Positions 1 to 11,256 of a stretch of DNA of 64,000 nucleotides are shown in pieces. The notes under the pieces are model-generated. The model was not told the DNA's origin and did no database searches. It worked only from the letters and a program-made list of their open reading frames with translations. The translations under genes and the position numbers were made by a program. The stretch's first letter is position 1. Every line of letters starts with the position of its first letter. Origin of the DNA: an uncultured Nitrospiraceae bacterium (GTDB lineage Bacteria; Nitrospirota; Thermodesulfovibrionia; Thermodesulfovibrionales; UBA6898); assembly GCA_963811165.1 (NCBI GenBank), contig CAWEQH010000010.1, positions 384,001-448,000 on the forward strand, given 5' to 3'.

Positions 1-1776
<1,776 letters not shown>

Positions 1777-1841
1777 TAATCCTCCGGCACTGCCGTCGAA
1801 GATGGCGGAAACGACTTTTCCCTTTCACCAACTGCGGCAAA

Positions 1842-2132
1842 TTACTTCTCGAAACACTCCATGCTCCGCTGCTTGTTGATCTCGATATGCTTTTTCTCGC
1901 ACCAGACATTACCAAGCTGAGGGGCCTCTCCTGAGGGCTTCAGCATTTTTGCCTTCTTGCAGGAAAGACAGTGCATGGCCTTTACCCCGCCTATGGGAAC
2001 ATAACAGGGCATCTGTCTGTTCTTCCCCATTTGTATCCCGCGTTGTCCGCACCACACTGTCCCCTGCGCGGGCCGTTGACCTCCCGGCTTCACCTCGTGT
2101 CCGAATTTGCACTTGCCGCAAACGCTGTCCAT
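1842..2132 (-). CDS. Small cysteine-rich protein with two CX2CX19CX14C repeats (putative Fe-S/Zn-binding)
   Basis: 96 aa ORF starting 4 nt after the UDG stop; two internal repeats with identical Cys spacing. Confidence 0.75.
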   Translation of the reverse strand: MDSVCGKCKFGHEVKPGGQRPAQGTVWCGQRGIQMGKNRQMPCYVPIGGVKAMHCLSCKKAKMLKPSGEAPQLGNVWCEKKHIEINKQRSMECFEK

Positions 2133-2136
2133 CGCA

Positions 2137-2838
2137 TCAATGTCCGGAGAGAAGCTCCATAACCTTCTGGGCGTCAGACCATGTGAGCCATTTGTCTTTG
2201 GGGTTTCTCAATAGGTAAGCGGGATGAAAAGTAGGCATCACGGGGATCCCCTTGTAATCAAACAAAATGCCCCGTACCGAAGTGATCTTTAACTCCCGTC
2301 TGCCCAAGAGTGTCTGGAGAGCTATCCTGCCGAGTGTGACAATTACCTCGGGCCGTATTATCTCGATCTGCCGCTCGACAAACTTTCTGCAGGTCGCGAT
2401 CTCATCTTCTTCGGGGTCCCTGTTCATCGGCGGTCTGCACTTCACGATATTAGCGATATAGACGTCGTCCCTTTTGAGGTTTACATCCCCTATCGACATT
2501 TTTTCGATGAGCTTAGTAAGGAGCATACCTGCGTCTCCCACAAAAGGCCTTCCCTGGATATCCTCCTCCCTGCCCGGCCCCTCACCGATGAACATGATCC
2601 TCGCCCCGGCGTTCCCTTCGCCGAACACGATAGTGTTTCTCTTCTCCGCGAGCTTGCACCTGACACAATCTCCGATCTCCTTTCTAAGTGCAAAAAGGAG
2701 GCGTTCTTTTTCCCCTTTATCCTTCCCCATACTGCACGAAGGTGTCATGTTGAGAGGAATGCCTTCAACGCCCAAGGCCTGGTAGAATTCGAGCATTGTT
2801 TCAAGATCGTCCAGGATGACGCGCAAAGATTTTGTCAT
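2137..2838 (-). CDS. Uracil-DNA glycosylase, family 4 (Fe-S)
   Basis: CxxC, GEGPG..ED, KCRPP.NR, TFHPAYLLR motifs. Confidence 0.93.
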   Translation of the reverse strand: MTKSLRVILDDLETMLEFYQALGVEGIPLNMTPSCSMGKDKGEKERLLFALRKEIGDCVRCKLAEKRNTIVFGEGNAGARIMFIGEGPGREEDIQGRPFVGDAGMLLTKLIEKMSIGDVNLKRDDVYIANIVKCRPPMNRDPEEDEIATCRKFVERQIEIIRPEVIVTLGRIALQTLLGRRELKITSVRGILFDYKGIPVMPTFHPAYLLRNPKDKWLTWSDAQKVMELLSGH

Positions 2839-2866
2839 AATGTAAATTCCGGCAAGACCATGCAGC

Positions 2867-3718
2867 TCAACGCTCGCCCCACTTCAGCTTAGTCCTCAGA
2901 ACCTTGAAATAATCGCGCTCGCAGGGGATAAGCAGCCTCGTCTTAAACCGCGATTTATTGATCTCTATCACGTCGTCCAGCCTCAGCGAAAAACCGACCT
3001 GTCCGTCCAGGGTCAGATATACGTCTTCGCTGAGCGTCTTGAGCGTGACCTCAATCCTGAAGTCCTCAGGCAGCACGATCGGTCTATTGGTCAGCGTATG
3101 CGAACATATCGGCGTAAGTACAATGCTGTCCAGGGTTGGATAGAGTATAGGGCCGCCGGCCGAGAGCGAATAAGCCGTAGATCCGGTCGGCGTCGATATT
3201 ATCAGACCGTCCGCCCTGAATATCGTAACGTAGGAGCCGTTTATTGATGTCTCGAGGTCGATTATCCTGGCTAGGGCACCCTTGTTGATAACTACATCGT
3301 TAAGCACCGTATACTCCGCAACCTTTTCTCCATCCCTGACGATCTTCGCGCAGAGCATAAGTCTCTCTTCGATAACACACTTATCGGAGAGCATTGCGTC
3401 GATGGCCTCAAAGACCTCATCACGGTTTATCTCGGTAATGAAACCCATCGTCCCCAGGTTGATGCCGAGTATCGGTATGCCCTTTTCGGCGACCAGTCTG
3501 CTCACACTTAGCATTGTCCCGTCGCCCCCCAAAACGATCACCACGTCAGCGTGCGAAGCTATCTTCTCTCTTGCAGAGCCCCCGATCTTCAGCAGGGCCG
3601 ACATATCAGGGTCCACATAAGTTTCATACCCCTTATGTCTCAGCCGGGGGAGAAGCTCCTTAAGAATCTCCAGTGGCTCAGGTCTGCCGGGTTTGCTGAT
3701 TATGCCTATTTTCTTCAT
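2867..3718 (-). CDS. nadK: NAD kinase
   Basis: GGDGT, LNDVV, DGLIISTPTGSTAYSLSAGGP. Confidence 0.96.
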   Translation of the reverse strand: MKKIGIISKPGRPEPLEILKELLPRLRHKGYETYVDPDMSALLKIGGSAREKIASHADVVIVLGGDGTMLSVSRLVAEKGIPILGINLGTMGFITEINRDEVFEAIDAMLSDKCVIEERLMLCAKIVRDGEKVAEYTVLNDVVINKGALARIIDLETSINGSYVTIFRADGLIISTPTGSTAYSLSAGGPILYPTLDSIVLTPICSHTLTNRPIVLPEDFRIEVTLKTLSEDVYLTLDGQVGFSLRLDDVIEINKSRFKTRLLIPCERDYFKVLRTKLKWGER

Positions 3719-4139
3719 CTAACCCCTCTATACATATCTCCCTTCGGTTATCTCCGATATCCTTTAGACGGACCCTTATGAAATCCGCTGTCAGAGACCC
3801 GAGCTTCTCGGCCCATTCTATAACCGCTACGGAATCCCTCCCGAGACAATCCCATATTCCGGTATTATCGACGTCCTCTTCTTTTTCCACCCTGTACAGA
3901 TCTATGTGGAAAAAAGGCGGGACACTGCAATACTCAGCTATTATCGTAAAGCTGGCGCTCGTCACGTCCCGGCCGCAAATGCCGAAGGCCCTCGCGATGC
4001 CCCTTACAACGGTTGTCTTGCCTGTCCCGAGATCTCCATAAAGCGCCACGACATCACCTGCCTTCAACAACCTTCCGAGTTCATACCCGGCCTCCTCGGT
4101 CTCAGCAGGACTATTACTTATCCGCTTCACCCATGGCAC
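3678..4139 (-). CDS. tsaE: tRNA threonylcarbamoyladenosine biosynthesis ATPase TsaE
   Basis: GDLGTGKTT, HIDLYR, IEW motifs. Confidence 0.92.
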   Translation of the reverse strand: MPWVKRISNSPAETEEAGYELGRLLKAGDVVALYGDLGTGKTTVVRGIARAFGICGRDVTSASFTIIAEYCSVPPFFHIDLYRVEKEEDVDNTGIWDCLGRDSVAVIEWAEKLGSLTADFIRVRLKDIGDNRREICIEGLDEENRHNQQTRQT

Positions 4140-4572
4140 CTTTTATCACTTCCATCTTGCCAACAATACCTACCACTTTGCCGGAACTGATGACTGGGAG
4201 CAGATGCACACCTTTTTCAGACATGATAGTGGCTATTTCCTGAAGCGTTGTCTCGGGATCTACAGTAATTACCTCGCGTGTACATATTTCCGAAACCCTT
4301 GAAGCGGACATCCTCTGTATCTCTTTCTCCATCGATGATGCACCGAGGGGAATGAAAGCGTCAAAAAGTCTTATTATAGTAGGTATATGCAATCTACCGC
4401 TCTGCTTTATCATATCGTTTTCGGTCACCACGCCGAAGAGCTTCTGCTCAGCATCGATCACGGGGACCCCGCTAATCCCTCTTTCAATAAAGAGTCTTCC
4501 CAGTTCCTCGACCGTAGTATCTGGAGATACCGTGGTCACTACAGCGCTCATTATGTCCTTGGCCTTTATCAT
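4114..4572 (-). CDS. CBS domain-pair protein
   Basis: Two CBS repeats (ISGVPV..GVVT; VHLLPV..GIV). Confidence 0.9.
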   Translation of the reverse strand: MIKAKDIMSAVVTTVSPDTTVEELGRLFIERGISGVPVIDAEQKLFGVVTENDMIKQSGRLHIPTIIRLFDAFIPLGASSMEKEIQRMSASRVSEICTREVITVDPETTLQEIATIMSEKGVHLLPVISSGKVVGIVGKMEVIKGAMGEADK

Positions 4573-4686
4573 TGAACCCCTCTTTTCTTTTTACTAATAT
4601 TACCATGGAACATACGAATTTGAGGAGGAAATTGGCATGGTCCTGTATTCAGAAGGCGGGCCACTCAAGCGATCATTCAAAGTATT

Positions 4687-5445
4687 TCACAGCTTCACTT
4701 CGGTCCCGCCAATCTCTCTTTGGCGTTTGATAATCCAGATATAGCCAAACTCTTTTTCCTGATATACGCTGGCCAGCCCGAGACGCAACAGTTCAAGAAG
4801 CGCAAGAAAGGTAACGATCAGCTGGCTCTTCGTCGCGGCTCCCCCAAAAAGTTCCTCAAACCTTATGCTTTCAGAACTTTCGAGAAGATCCACGATGACG
4901 AACATTTTATCTTTGACGGTAAGTGTCTCCTTGGTTATTGTCCGCACCTCGGCAGGCGCGGTTTCCAGAATCTTTTTAAATGCGCCGAGCAGATCAAAGA
5001 TATTCACGTCGAAAAGATACGGCTCGGACTCCCCTTCCCTCTCTTCTTCAGGCACATCCTCAGGCCCTCTTGAAAAAATCCTCAACGACTCATCTTCCCT
5101 CTCCTTTAAAATCGATGCGGCATCCCTAAATGCCTGATACTCAAGGAGTCTCTGAACAAGTTCGAGCCGGGGGTCTTCCATCGGTTCTGCATTTCCTTCA
5201 GCCGCCTCTTCGGGAGGCAAAAGCATCTTCGACTTGATCTGTATGAGCGTAGCAGCCATAACGAGAAACTCGCCCGCTATTTCAAGGTTGAGCTCCTTCA
5301 TCATTCCGATGTACTCAAGATAACGGCCCGTAATAAAGGAGATTGGGATGTCGTAAATATCAATCTTATTTTCCCTAATAAGATGGAGAAGGAGGTCGAG
5401 CGGACCCTCGAATGCAGGCAGTTTAATAGTATACAGGTCTTCCAT
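4687..5445 (-). CDS. scpA: Segregation and condensation protein A
   Basis: FEGPLDLLLHLI, IKSKMLLP, TFLALLEL. Confidence 0.95.
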   Translation of the reverse strand: MEDLYTIKLPAFEGPLDLLLHLIRENKIDIYDIPISFITGRYLEYIGMMKELNLEIAGEFLVMAATLIQIKSKMLLPPEEAAEGNAEPMEDPRLELVQRLLEYQAFRDAASILKEREDESLRIFSRGPEDVPEEEREGESEPYLFDVNIFDLLGAFKKILETAPAEVRTITKETLTVKDKMFVIVDLLESSESIRFEELFGGAATKSQLIVTFLALLELLRLGLASVYQEKEFGYIWIIKRQREIGGTEVKL

Positions 5446-5593
5446 GCTTCAACTCATTCTCGATTGATCTGAATATTTTAACAGATTGCGGGAAAAATTG
5501 GCCCGCCGTAACAACTCAGGCGGCCGGCAGCACACCCACGGGGAAAAACAGGACCGAATACAGACTCGACACACAACGGTCCGAAACAAGCCC

Positions 5594-5905
5594 TTATTTT
5601 TTGCCGCCCTTTTTCACGAAATGAGCGGCTTTGGCAGAGATGTTCGGGTCTATGAGATAAGCCTCAGCAAAATAATCGCTGGCGTCGTTATATTTCTTCA
5701 GCTTGTAGTCCGTGTATCCGAGAAGGTAATATGCGGCGGGATCCGGAGTTCCTGAGATATAGTCTTTGAAATATCGCTCAGCACTCTTGTACTCCTTCTT
5801 CCTGTAATGCCTCAGCCCCTTTGCGAAATCTTCACTTCCGGGGTATGCCTCAGAACATACGATCAAGGCCGTGACAAGAGCAAAAAAAACATATACAGTC
5901 TTCAT
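5594..5905 (-). CDS. Small exported TPR-repeat protein
   Basis: Hydrophobic signal peptide; TPR-like AYYLLG...A..YF.EA..IDP; GGAG RBS. Confidence 0.75.
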   Translation of the reverse strand: MKTVYVFFALVTALIVCSEAYPGSEDFAKGLRHYRKKEYKSAERYFKDYISGTPDPAAYYLLGYTDYKLKKYNDASDYFAEAYLIDPNISAKAAHFVKKGGKK

Positions 5906-6181
5906 CTTTCACTCCCTCCCCATTATCAGCAATTTCAGCCTTACGGACTTAACTATACCACAAGATGAGTCAATAATCCAGGTATCAATGGAACGAACCT
6001 GCGCCTCCATAGATATGAAAGAATCTTGGCGAGTCCCGAGAACCAGGAAGCAAAAAAAACGATTACCTCATGTGTTGCACAACAGAGATGATTCGGTAGG
6101 CACGGCAGAGAGGTATATTATATCGTTTACAATTTCGGATGGATTATCCCGGCTGTGCCCTCCAAAAAAAGGGCACGTTGC

Positions 6182-6230
6182 AAATAACCCCTGACCACAG
6201 CCGTCAGTTTTCAGGCCGGTGATCAGGGGT
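6182..6230 (-). terminator. Probable intrinsic terminator of the nuoEFG-like operon
   Basis: Imperfect stem ACCCCTGA...TCAGGGGT just downstream of the 6254 stop, followed by TATTT on the minus strand. Confidence 0.5.
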
Positions 6231-6253
6231 ATCGTAATGCTTGTTCAGGACGT

Positions 6254-8275
6254 TTAAACTGTGACTCCCTTTTCAGTCTCCTTTAACCAAAGGAGTCTTG
6301 ATCCGTTTATCGCAGACCTATTGATGTCTTCCGCAAATTTCTCCGCGTCGATATCGAGGTCTCTCTCCCTTTTAAACGGATTGAAGGCGGCCTTGACCTT
6401 AGTCTTAAGCGCCTTCTTCACGTCAGTCTCCTTCACCTTTTTCAGGGAAACACCCGCGGCCTCTGCCAGGCCGATAAATATGTCGGCGTGTGAAATTGAT
6501 TCCCCGGCGGGATTGACAGCCTTCTTCACCTCTTTTAATCTTCCAAGGTAATCGACGATAGTTCCTTCCGATTCAAGTGCCGGAGCTGCCGGCAAGAATA
6601 CATCGGCCTCCCTTGCCAGATCGGTCAGATGGGAGCCTTGAACAACCAGGAACTTTGTGTCGGGTCTCTTACCCACGGGAACCTCACCGATCACATAAAG
6701 AACTTGCGTCTGCGATCCCAGGATATCCTTGAACTTCTTTCCCTCAGAGGTAAAGCCCATGAGCACAACCCCTTTTGCGTTGGCCTCATAAGGGACTGAA
6801 ACGGCATCCCCCTTGATCAACGAAAGATTTGCGGCCGCTTTGTACAGAGACGGCGACGCCAGGATCACCGGTGTCTTCGCGGCGATAAAAAGGTCCGCGG
6901 CAGCCATAGCAGCATCGCTGGGATCTATATGCGCAAGGGCCTCGATCATCTCTTTCGGTGCTTTAATACCCTTTGAAATCACCGCCTGAGCGAGCTGTTT
7001 GAGCATCTCCACCTCATCGCCCCTAAGCGTCTGGGTTGCGGCCGAAGAAATCCTCGGCTCGCCGGAGTTGATAACAAGAAGCTTCGACCTGCCGTCATTC
7101 ACTCTCTTTCTGATAACGGCGTCCAATGCGGGCAGGACCCTCGACCACTGGTCGGGGGCGGTTCCCACGAGGACGAAGAGATCGGCCTCCCCCATATCTG
7201 AGGGGCCTGACTTCATCGCATCATAATCCGAATACAGGGTAAGTGAGGAATCGAAGTTCTTCGTCTTCACCACCTCCACCGCGAGCTTTTTAAGAACAAT
7301 AGCGTCCTCGTTGAGGATATTTGCACTCGTAACAAATGCCGCATCGGAACCGGCGGCCTTGAGCTTCGCTGCAACCGTCTCAATGGCGTCTGACCACGTA
7401 GTCTCTTGCAGTTCGCCGTTGACTCTCTTCATGGGTATTTTCAGCCGCGTCTCGCTGCGCAGACTATCAAAGCCATACCTTCCTGTAGCGCACAAATATT
7501 TCTCCACAGAGCCCTCTGCCGCCCCGGAATTAATCTTTACGACCTCACCGTCCTTCGTGCTGACGGTAATACTACAGCCGTTGCCGCAGGAAAGACATGT
7601 CGAAGCGACCTTATCGTATTCCCACTCTCTCCCCTTTCTCCAGCGGTCCGCTTCGAGCAGCGCGTTGACCGGACAGGCATCAACACAACTTCCGCAGAAC
7701 GTGCATGATGACTCCTGAAGGGGTTTGTCGTTGGCAGTCACTACCTTTGCGCCGACCCCCCTCCCAGAAAATTCCAGCACGTTTGTGCCCTGGGCCTTGC
7801 ATACCCTTACACATCTGCTGCAGAGGACGCAATAATCGGGGTCCCGCTTGATGAAGGGATTAGCTGCATCCACAGGGTATCCCGTCTTTTTCCTCGTGAA
7901 ATTTGATTCCTTTATCTCAAAATCATATGCATACTGCTGGAGATTGCAGACACCAGCCTTTGTGCAGGTCATACAGTCAAGGGGATGCATGGAGAGGATA
8001 AGGTCAATTACGAACTTCCTCACTTCCTGCACCTTCTCGGTCTTCGTATTGACCACCATGCCCTCTTTGGCCTTGGTTGTACAACTGATCATGGGAGATT
8101 TCATACCCTCTATCTCCACAAGACATAGCCTGCATGCCCCGACACCCTTCATGCCCTTTAAATAGCAGAGGTTCGGGATATGAATTCCAGCGGTTGCAGC
8201 TGCATCGATAAGGTTTGTACCTTCGGCAGTCTGGATCTCCTTGCCGTCTATAGTAAGATTAACCAATTTACTCAT
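6254..8275 (-). CDS. NuoG/FdhA-like Fe-S subunit (HydA/BfuA-type N-terminus) with degenerate molybdopterin-oxidoreductase fold
   Basis: [2Fe-2S] GACRLC, HxxxCxxC, two ferredoxin motifs, CLSCGNGC...C; no Cys/Sec-His at the FdhF catalytic position and no H-cluster motifs. Confidence 0.85.
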   Translation of the reverse strand: MSKLVNLTIDGKEIQTAEGTNLIDAAATAGIHIPNLCYLKGMKGVGACRLCLVEIEGMKSPMISCTTKAKEGMVVNTKTEKVQEVRKFVIDLILSMHPLDCMTCTKAGVCNLQQYAYDFEIKESNFTRKKTGYPVDAANPFIKRDPDYCVLCSRCVRVCKAQGTNVLEFSGRGVGAKVVTANDKPLQESSCTFCGSCVDACPVNALLEADRWRKGREWEYDKVASTCLSCGNGCSITVSTKDGEVVKINSGAAEGSVEKYLCATGRYGFDSLRSETRLKIPMKRVNGELQETTWSDAIETVAAKLKAAGSDAAFVTSANILNEDAIVLKKLAVEVVKTKNFDSSLTLYSDYDAMKSGPSDMGEADLFVLVGTAPDQWSRVLPALDAVIRKRVNDGRSKLLVINSGEPRISSAATQTLRGDEVEMLKQLAQAVISKGIKAPKEMIEALAHIDPSDAAMAAADLFIAAKTPVILASPSLYKAAANLSLIKGDAVSVPYEANAKGVVLMGFTSEGKKFKDILGSQTQVLYVIGEVPVGKRPDTKFLVVQGSHLTDLAREADVFLPAAPALESEGTIVDYLGRLKEVKKAVNPAGESISHADIFIGLAEAAGVSLKKVKETDVKKALKTKVKAAFNPFKRERDLDIDAEKFAEDINRSAINGSRLLWLKETEKGVTV

Positions 8276-8287
8276 TAAAACCTCCGT

Positions 8288-8899
8288 CTATAAAATATTC
8301 TTGTTTTGTACACGAACAGGCTCGCTGTTCTTTGCGTCGACAATGACGATCGCCCCGGTCGGACATACCGGCATACAGTCGCCGCATTTGACACACCGTT
8401 TCTGGCGGATCTCGAAGGAAAAATATCCGCCACGGAAGGGCTTTGCCTTTTCGCCATGGATCGCCTGATGCTTGCACGCATCTTTGCAGATACCGCAGAC
8501 AATGCATTTTGCGGGTACGACCCTGTACTCGATGAGTGCCTTGCACTCTTTTTCCGGGCATGCGCCTTCGATATGCTTCCTAAACACGTCAGTACCCATC
8601 CAGTCCATAATGAACCGTGCCGTATCCTTGCCTTTCTTACATAAAGAGCCTTCCAGCATCTGTACCGCAATCCTGTTCAGGGCAGCAAGGTCGACTTCGG
8701 CTCCCTTTCCCTCTATTATATTTTGAAGCCTCACCTTCGCCTCATAACTTCCAAGGGAGCAAGGAAGACAGCGGCCGCACATCGGCCCGGACAAGAACGC
8801 CTCGGTATAATAAAGCGCACGCTGCACTGCACACTTTTTTTCTTCCGCCAGCTTCTTTATATCCTCTACTTTGAGTTCCTTTGTTTCGGTCCTTGTCAT
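8288..8899 (-). CDS. Stand-alone NuoF/HydB C-terminal Fe-S module plus 2x[4Fe-4S] ferredoxin
   Basis: CGRCLPC...SLC, HIEGACPEKEC, CIVCGICKDAC, CVKCGDCMPVCP. Confidence 0.85.
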   Translation of the reverse strand: MTRTETKELKVEDIKKLAEEKKCAVQRALYYTEAFLSGPMCGRCLPCSLGSYEAKVRLQNIIEGKGAEVDLAALNRIAVQMLEGSLCKKGKDTARFIMDWMGTDVFRKHIEGACPEKECKALIEYRVVPAKCIVCGICKDACKHQAIHGEKAKPFRGGYFSFEIRQKRCVKCGDCMPVCPTGAIVIVDAKNSEPVRVQNKNIL

Positions 8900-8908
8900 G
8901 CCCCCTCC

Positions 8909-11248
8909 TTAATACATGTCTTCAGCCATATAAATGACTTCGGGAAGGAGATATGATACAAGGTCGCGGTATGAGATCATGCCGATGATCTTTTCGTCCT
9001 CCGTGATCGGCAGGTGTCTGATCTTCTTTTCCGACATAAGATGGACCGCAACGCCGATGTCGACAGATCCGTCCAGGGTGATGGGTTTAGAGCTCATGAC
9101 CGATCCCATGACCGCATCTGTAAACGATATCTTCTTTGCAAAACAGTGCATGATATCGCGCTCCGTAAAGATGCCGACCAGTCGTCCGTCTTCATCCATT
9201 ATAAGGATCGAACCGACGCTATTGCCGTCCATGATGGTGACCGCATCGGCCAGTTTGCAATCCTTCTTGCATGTGACCATCTTCGTAGGCTTTGATGTGA
9301 TGACGTCCTTCAGTGTCATTCGTGCCCTCCTTTCAAGTACTTCGATATTCTCAGTAGGTATTCTGAATTGTTCTTCGAGTTTGATGACGCTTTGCTTGCG
9401 TATCTTGACCGCGCCCACGGGACAGGCCTGATAACATGCCTTGCACTTCTGGCAATAGCCCTGGTCGATATGATAAATTTCCCGCGTCTCGGTGACCGCA
9501 TCGTAAGAGCACGCCTGTTTGCAAAGACCGCACCTGATGCACTCGGCCTGGTTTATTACGAACACGCCCATGCCCTTGCATACCTTTGCGCTACAGTAGT
9601 TGTCGTATATGTGTTCTTCATACTCGTTCCTGAAATACTTCAGCGTGCTCAGCACAGGGTTCGGCGCGCTCTGCCCCAGTCCGCAGAGGGACCCTTTCTG
9701 GATGTGTTTGCCGATCTCTATAAGCTTCTCAATGTCCCCATGCTCTCCCCTTCCCGAGGTTATGCGTTCGAGGATCTGAAGCATCTGATACGTCCCGATC
9801 CTGCAGGGCGGGCACTTGCCGCATGATTCAGATTGGGTGAAGGAAAGAAAATATTTCGCCACGTCCACCATGCAGGTATCTTCGTCGAGGACCACCATGC
9901 CTCCTGATCCCATCATCGAACCGACCTTGCTCAACGAGTCGAAATCAACCGGCAGGTCAAGATATTTGCCGGGGATGCAGCCTCCAGATGGTCCGCCCGT
10001 CTGGATTGCCTTGAAGTTCTTGTCACCCAGGATGCCGCCGCCTATATCGAATATTATCTCCCTGAGTGTCATGCCCATCGGCACTTCCACGAGGCCGGTA
10101 TTTTTCACCTTCCCTGTAAGGGCAAAGACTTTTGTGCCGGGAGAGGTCTCAGTCCCGATGCTCCTGAACCAGTCCGCCCCCTTCTCTATGATCGGCGCGA
10201 CACAGGCATATGTCTCTATGTTATTTAGGTTACTAGGGTACCCCCATACGCCGCCGCCAGGCTCGGAGAGTCTCGGCGGTCTCGGCCTCGGAAATCCCCG
10301 CTCTCCTTCTATTGAAGCAACAAGCGCGGTAGACTCACCACAGACAAAGGCCCCGGCTCCTTCTCGGACATCAAGATGGAAACTAAAGTCGGTGCCAAGA
10401 ATGTTGTCGCCGAGGAGTCCGAGTTCCTCCGCCTGCCGTATCGCAGTCTGGAGGTTCTTGACGGCAAGGGGATACTCGTGCCTCACATAGACAAAACCGT
10501 ACTGAGCACCTATTGCATAGGCACAAAGGAGCATTCCCTCAAAAAGACTATGCGGGTCTCCTTCCATGATCGCCCTGTCCATGAATGCGCCGGGGTCTCC
10601 CTCGTCTCCGTTGGCTATAACAAATTTTATTTTTCCGGGGGCTCCCTTGCTGTGTTTCCACTTTTTCCCCGCAGGAAATCCCGCGCCGCCGCGTCCTCTG
10701 AGATTAGCCTTATCGATTTCGTTAAGGACGCCTTCTGGGTTCATGGAAGCGAGCGCCTTTTCGAGCGCCCTATACCCCCCGACGGCTATGTAATGGGTTA
10801 TATCCGTAGGATCGATCTTGTCGTTGTTTCTGAGCGCTATTCTCACCTGCTTTTTGTAAAAGGGCAGTTCTGCCATCTCGAAAACGGGGTCCTTCAGGAA
10901 GTTCTCCCGGTAGAGGCCCTGCCGATAGGGAATTCCGCCAGTAAAGGTGTAGCTCACCAGGCTTGCTGATTGCTCCGGTTTTACTCTCTGATAATAGATG
11001 CCGGCAGGCTCCACCTTGATGTTGGGACCTTTTTGGCACATCCCCTGGCACCCAGTCTTTACAATATCGACCTCCAATCCTTTTCTGGCGGCCTCGCCTT
11101 CTAACGATTCAACCACCTTATAAGCCCCGGATGCCGTACACGCCGTACCGCAACAGACTCGCGCCCGCGCTTTGTCGGGCTGAAAAAGCTCCTTTGCCAG
11201 CTTCTCCCTTAACAGCCTCAGGTCTTCAATTTTGTTTAGTTTTTCCAT
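8909..11248 (-). CDS. NuoF/HydB-like FMN/NAD-binding subunit with C-terminal 2x[4Fe-4S] and fused CBS pair
   Basis: GRGGAGFP, NGDEGDPGAFMDR, GGPSGG, SCGKCPPCR, ferredoxin motifs, last ~135 aa form a CBS pair. Confidence 0.92.
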   Translation of the reverse strand: MEKLNKIEDLRLLREKLAKELFQPDKARARVCCGTACTASGAYKVVESLEGEAARKGLEVDIVKTGCQGMCQKGPNIKVEPAGIYYQRVKPEQSASLVSYTFTGGIPYRQGLYRENFLKDPVFEMAELPFYKKQVRIALRNNDKIDPTDITHYIAVGGYRALEKALASMNPEGVLNEIDKANLRGRGGAGFPAGKKWKHSKGAPGKIKFVIANGDEGDPGAFMDRAIMEGDPHSLFEGMLLCAYAIGAQYGFVYVRHEYPLAVKNLQTAIRQAEELGLLGDNILGTDFSFHLDVREGAGAFVCGESTALVASIEGERGFPRPRPPRLSEPGGGVWGYPSNLNNIETYACVAPIIEKGADWFRSIGTETSPGTKVFALTGKVKNTGLVEVPMGMTLREIIFDIGGGILGDKNFKAIQTGGPSGGCIPGKYLDLPVDFDSLSKVGSMMGSGGMVVLDEDTCMVDVAKYFLSFTQSESCGKCPPCRIGTYQMLQILERITSGRGEHGDIEKLIEIGKHIQKGSLCGLGQSAPNPVLSTLKYFRNEYEEHIYDNYCSAKVCKGMGVFVINQAECIRCGLCKQACSYDAVTETREIYHIDQGYCQKCKACYQACPVGAVKIRKQSVIKLEEQFRIPTENIEVLERRARMTLKDVITSKPTKMVTCKKDCKLADAVTIMDGNSVGSILIMDEDGRLVGIFTERDIMHCFAKKISFTDAVMGSVMSSKPITLDGSVDIGVAVHLMSEKKIRHLPITEDEKIIGMISYRDLVSYLLPEVIYMAEDMY

Positions 11249-11256
11249 GACACCAC

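Noticed and set aside
4632..4646. Sigma54 promoter (TGGCATG...)
   Set aside because: Lacks the -12 GC at the required spacing and faces away from the adjacent minus-strand genes.
5871..6194. 107-aa plus-strand ORF
   Set aside because: Overlaps the TPR gene start and the terminator region antisense; no recognisable features.
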